NCBI RefSeq assembly: GCF_009914755.1
Contig: NC_060925.1
From: the human T2T-CHM13v2.0 reference genome, Homo sapiens
Strand: one strand, 5' to 3'
Length of the DNA: 64,000 bases
Shown: positions 56,517 through 64,000 of the stretch, one piece after another
How the letters are laid out: every line of letters starts with the position of its first letter
Numbering within the stretch: position 1 is the first letter of the stretch
Program-made: the position numbers and the translations under genes
Notes under the pieces: generated by a model
The model's input: only the letters and a program-made list of their open reading frames with translations
Databases searched by the model: none
Told to the model about the DNA's origin: nothing

Positions 56517-57022
56517 TGTGGTAGGCAAAGTAATGCCCCCGTCCACAATGTGTTTATAACCTAATAGTAGAACATTGTGAAAATGTTATCTCACATGGTA
56601 AAAGAGACTTTGTAGATGTGATTAAGTTAATGACCTTGAGATGGAGAGATTATACTGGCTAATCTGGGTATGTCAAATGTGTCCTTAAAGACAGATAACT
56701 TACCTAGGTGTAGCAAGAAAACTTATCTAGCTGTAGCAAGAGGGAAAAGTCACTATGGAAGAATGGCAAGAGAGATGAAATGTTGCTGACTTTGAAAATG
56801 GTGGAAGATGGCCATAGCCAAGGAATGTGGGTTGCCTCTAGAAGTTGGATAAGGAACGGAAACAGATTCCCCCCTGGAGCCACTAGAAAGAGAGTTCTAC
56901 CACCTTAATTTTAGCCCAGGGAGGTATAGGTCAGATTTCTGAAACAGATTAAAAAAATTGGGGTTGCATTAAGCCAATAAGTATTTTGCTAATTTGTTAA
57001 AATGGTCATACAAAATTAATGT
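56517..57022 (+). mobile_element. MLT1D-like MaLR LTR
   Basis: TGTGGTAGGCA..AATGCCCC...ACATGGTAAAAGAGACTTTGTAGATGTGATTAAGTTAA...AGCCAAGGAATGTGGG..GCCTCTAGAAG. Confidence 0.85.
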
Positions 57023-58699
57023 AATGAATAAAGAAGGTCATTTTATAAAGCTAAAGGGTTACTTCATCAAGAAGAATAACAATCCTACACATGAATGCCC
57101 CTAACAGAGTCTCAAAATATGTGAAGCTGAAACTGATAGAAGTACAAGAAACTGACCTATCCTATGATACAGTTGGTGATTTCAACATTTCTCTCTCAAA
57201 AAATCGATAGAATACTTAAACCCCAAATCAGAAAAAAATAGAAAATTTAAACAACAGTTTCCACAATCTCGACCTAATTAGCATCACAGAATACTATTCC
57301 CAGCATGAGAAAACACATTCATTACAAGTGTACACAAATTGTTTTCCAAAATAGACCATACTCTGGGTCATAAAATGTCAATAAAAAGGATTACAGTGAT
57401 ATAAAATTGATTTAAATCCTGGCAAATTTAAATTAAAAATAAAAAAGAGGATAATTTTTCAAATGTCCATAATACTTGAAAACCAAACACACTTCTAAAT
57501 AACACATGGGTCAAAGAAAAACTCAAAAGGGATGTTAGAAAATATTTTTAACTAAATGAAAGCAAAAAAAATAACAAAAGAATTTGTGAGCGGCAGGTAG
57601 CACAGTACATAAGGGTAGAGTTATAGCACTAAATATCAATATTAGAAAGAGATTTAAGTCAGTGACCTTGCCTTTCATTCTAAGAAACTAAGACAATAAG
57701 AGTAGTCAAAACCCAAAATAAGCAGAAAAAAAAAGATCAAAACAAGCATCTGAGAAGTAGGAAACAGAGGAAAATTAAGAAAAACTAATAAAATTAAGAG
57801 CTAGTTATTTGAGAAGTGCAATAAAATTGATAAATTTTTAGTCAGACTGATCAGGAAGAAAGAAAGGACACCAATTCTTAATATCAGGAAGAAGATTAGT
57901 ATCATTAAACAAATTCTACAAATATTAAATGGAGTATAAGGGAATGTTATAAACAACTTTATTTCGACAAGTTAGATAAAATTGATTAATTCTTTGAATG
58001 ACACAAACTAACAAAATTATTCAAGAAGAAATACATAAACTTAATAGCTCAATCTTCAAAATAATTTGAATTTATAGTTAAAAACCTACTCAGAAAAAAT
58101 TTCTAGATTCAGATGTGTTCACTGCTGATTTGTACCAAGAATGTATAAAATAAATAATAGCAATTCTATTCAATCTCTTCCAGAAGCTAAAAGAGGAAGA
58201 AACACTTTCAATATATTCCATGAAGTCAATATTACCATGACTACAAAACCAGACAACCATTGCAAGAAAACCCCAGACAAATATCCTTTATGAGCATAGG
58301 TGCAAATATTCTAAACAAAATGGTATATAATTTAATTTGCTAATATATGAATAGTATATAATGATCCAGTGTAATACAAGGCTTATTTAACATTCCAAAA
58401 TCAATTAATTTAATTTATGATAAAATTCAATCCATTTCTGTGGCTGATGTCCTTCATTCTCAATGAATCTCAACCATATAGTAAACTGTCTCAAAATTTA
58501 GGAAACTGGTAAGATTAAATTGCCCTAAATATACCGGAATGAACAGTTTTATTTAATTACTATATTTTTCTTTATTATTCATCATTGTTCAAGAGTCATA
58601 CCTGACTAAAAAGTGCAGAAAAGTAGTTGGCCAAATGCGTAAATGTCCTGGGCATAGATCTGTGAATACATAATATATCCTTGACACTTACTAGAAACA

Positions 58700-61810
<3,111 letters not shown>

Positions 61811-61817
61811 GATAAGA

Positions 61818-61998
61818 AGAACACTAGTGGTTGCAATGGATTTGAGAGTAGGAAGAAGAAAAAGGATAAATAGGTGAAGCACAGGTACTTTTAAGGCAGT
61901 AAAGCTATTATGTATGATATTGTAAAGAAGGATACATGACATTATACATCTAGAAAAACCCATAGAATGTACAACACAAGGAGTGAACCTAATGAAAA
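61818..61998 (+). mobile_element. L1MC-type 3'UTR fragment
   Basis: AATAGGTGAAGCACAGG..TTTTAAGGCAGT...GATACATGACATTATACAT...AAACCCATAGAATGTACAACACAAGGAGTGAACC. Confidence 0.75.
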
Positions 61999-64000
61999 TC
62001 CGCAGATCAGCAGATTCCCTCCTGAGCCTACACCACCAGAACCCTGGGTTTCAAGCACAAAACTGGGTGGCTGTTTGGGCAGGCACTGAGCTGCAAGAGT
62101 TTTTTCATACTCCAGTGGTGCCTGGAACTCCAGTGAGACAGGAGAACCTTCCACTCCCCTGGAAAGGAGGCTGAAGCCAGGGAGCCTAGTGATCTTGCTC
62201 AGCAGGTCCCACTCCCATGGAGCCCAGCAAGCTAAGAACCACTGGCTTGAAATTCTCACTGCCAGCACAGCAGTCTGGAGTCAGTCTGCGACAATCGAGT
62301 TTGGTGGGGGAGGGGCAACTGCCTTTACTGTGGCTATAGTAGGCAGTTTTCCCCTGATAGCGCTAAGGAGACTGGGAGGTTTATACTGGGAGGAATTCAC
62401 CACAGTGCAGCAAAACAGCTATGGCCAGACTGCTTCTCTAGATTCCTTCTCACTGGGCAGGGCATCTCGGCAGCAAATCCAGCAGCTCCAGTCAGGGGCT
62501 TCCAGACCAAACTCTCCTCTCCCAGGAACAGAGCACCTGGGGGAGAGGTGGCTGTGGTCTCAGGTTCAGCAGACTTAATCTTTCCTGCCTGCAGGCTCTG
62601 AAGAGAGTGGGTGATCCTGACAAGGGGGATTCTCCCAGAACAATACACCAGCTCTGCCAAGGGACAGACTGCCTCCTCAAGCAGGTCCCTGAACCCTAGG
62701 CCTTCTGACTGGCAGAGACCTCCCAGCAGGGGCCGACAGACACCTCATACAGGAAAGCTCTGGCTGGCATCAGGCCAGTGCCCCTGGGAAGAAGCTTCCT
62801 GAGGAAGGAGCTGGCAGCAATCTTTGCTATTCTGCAGCCTCCACTGGTGATACCCAGGCAAACAGGGTCTGGAGTGGACCTTTGGCAAACTGCAGCAGGC
62901 TTGCAGAAGAGAGTCATGACTGTTAGAAGAAAAACTAACAACAGAAAGCAACAACAACATCAACGAAAAAGACCACCCTCCCCTCTACAAAAACTATGTC
63001 CAAAGGTCATCAGCCTCAAAGATCAAAGGTAGATAAATCCATGAAGATGAGGAAAAACCAGCACAAAAATGCTGAAAATACCAAAAGCCAGAATGCGTCT
63101 TCTCCTCCAAATGATTGCAACACCCTCTCCAGCAAGGGTGCAAAACTGAACAGAGAATGAGATGAATGGATTGACAGAAGTAGGCTTGAGAAGATGGGTA
63201 GTAACAAAGTATGCTGAGCTAAAGGATCATGTTCTAACCCAATGCAAACAAGCTAAGAACCTTGATGAAAGGTTAGAGGAGCTGCTAACTAGAATAACCA
63301 GTTTAGAGAGGGACATAAATGACCTGATGGAGCTGAAAATCACAGCATGAGAACTTTGTGAATCATATACAAGTATCAAGAGCTGAATCAATCAAGTAGA
63401 AGAAAGGATATCAGAGTCTGAAGACCATCTTGCTGAAATAAGGCATGTAGACAAGATTAGAGAAAAAAGAATGAAAAGGAATGAACAAAACCTTCCAGAA
63501 CTATTGGACTATGTATAAAGACCAAACCTACAATTCATTGGAGTATCTGAAAGAGATGGGGAGAATGGAATCAAGTTGGAAAACACACTTCAGGATATTA
63601 TCCAGGAAAAAAAATCCCCAACCTAGCAAGACAGGCCAACATTCAAATTCAGGAAATACAGAGAACACCACTAAGATACTGCATGATAACAGCAACCCCA
63701 AGACACATAAATCATCAGATTCTCCAAGGTTGAAATGAAGGAAGAAACTTTAAGGGCGACCAGAGAGAAAGATAAGGTCATTTACAAAGGGAAGCCCATC
63801 AGGCTAATAGCGGATCTCACAGCAGAAACCCTACAAGCCAGAAGAGACTGGAGGCCAATATTCAATATTCTTAAAGAAAAGAGTTTTCAACCCAGAATTT
63901 CATATCCAGCCAAACTAAGCTTCATAAGTGAAGGAGAAATAAAATTCTTTCCAGACAAGCAAATGGTAAGAGATTTCATCACCAACAGGCCTGCCTGCAA
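61999..64000 (+). mobile_element. L1PA7/8-like LINE-1: partial 5'UTR and disrupted ORF1, continuing past the window
   Basis: 5'UTR CCTACACCACCAG..CCCTGGGTTTCAAGCACAAAACTGGG; ORF1 ATG at 63047 (MRKNQHKNAEN) with frameshifts and stops. Confidence 0.9.

Larger units (their letters stand above)
54040..58430 (+). mobile_element. Old L1M-type LINE-1 (5' region, ORF1 and ORF2 N-terminal remnants) interrupted by two MaLR LTRs
   Basis: A-rich sense strand; ORF1-like ~55250-55850; endonuclease-like GTTGGTGATTTCAAC (VGDFN, ~57171-57185); CAGATGTGTTCACTGCTGATTTGTACCAA. Confidence 0.75.

Noticed and set aside
61942-63032. Overlapping ORFs, possible ORF0-like antisense ORF
   Set aside because: They lie in an L1PA7/8-type 5'UTR; I cannot recognise an intact ORF0, and ORF density is explained by GC content.

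Overview
Primate genomic DNA (catarrhine/hominoid, probably human, judged from AluY, L1PA3/4-type and MER9/HML-3 elements). It is AT-rich, has no CpG island, and is intergenic or deep-intronic. I can support no host protein-coding gene, RNA gene or prokaryotic-type system. Most of the window is layered transposon debris. Main elements: (1) a degenerate ERV with RNase H/integrase and env-TM remnants ending in an LTR40-like LTR (1-3450); (2) a two-LTR MER57A-type provirus (40812-50089, minus) with a tRNA-Leu-type PBS, PPT and env remnant, inserted into an L2 and itself interrupted by a 5'-inverted (twin-primed) L1PA with a perfect 15-bp TSD; (3) a near-full-length but internally deleted L1MA-type element (33960-40592); (4) other L1s, Alus, MaLR/ERV solo LTRs, Tigger1, MIR and L2, plus a ~180-bp CA/TA microsatellite. 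The ORFs in the track are L1 fragments or chance ORFs. The oddest features are a tail-less Alu followed by a scrambled re-copy of its own 3' arm inside a TSD-like repeat, an env-bearing element with a class III-type LTR, and a few repeat-free, motif-dense islands that may be conserved enhancers or non-coding exons. Subfamily names come from my recollection of consensus sequences and need RepeatMasker/Dfam confirmation. I found no convincing novel biological system.
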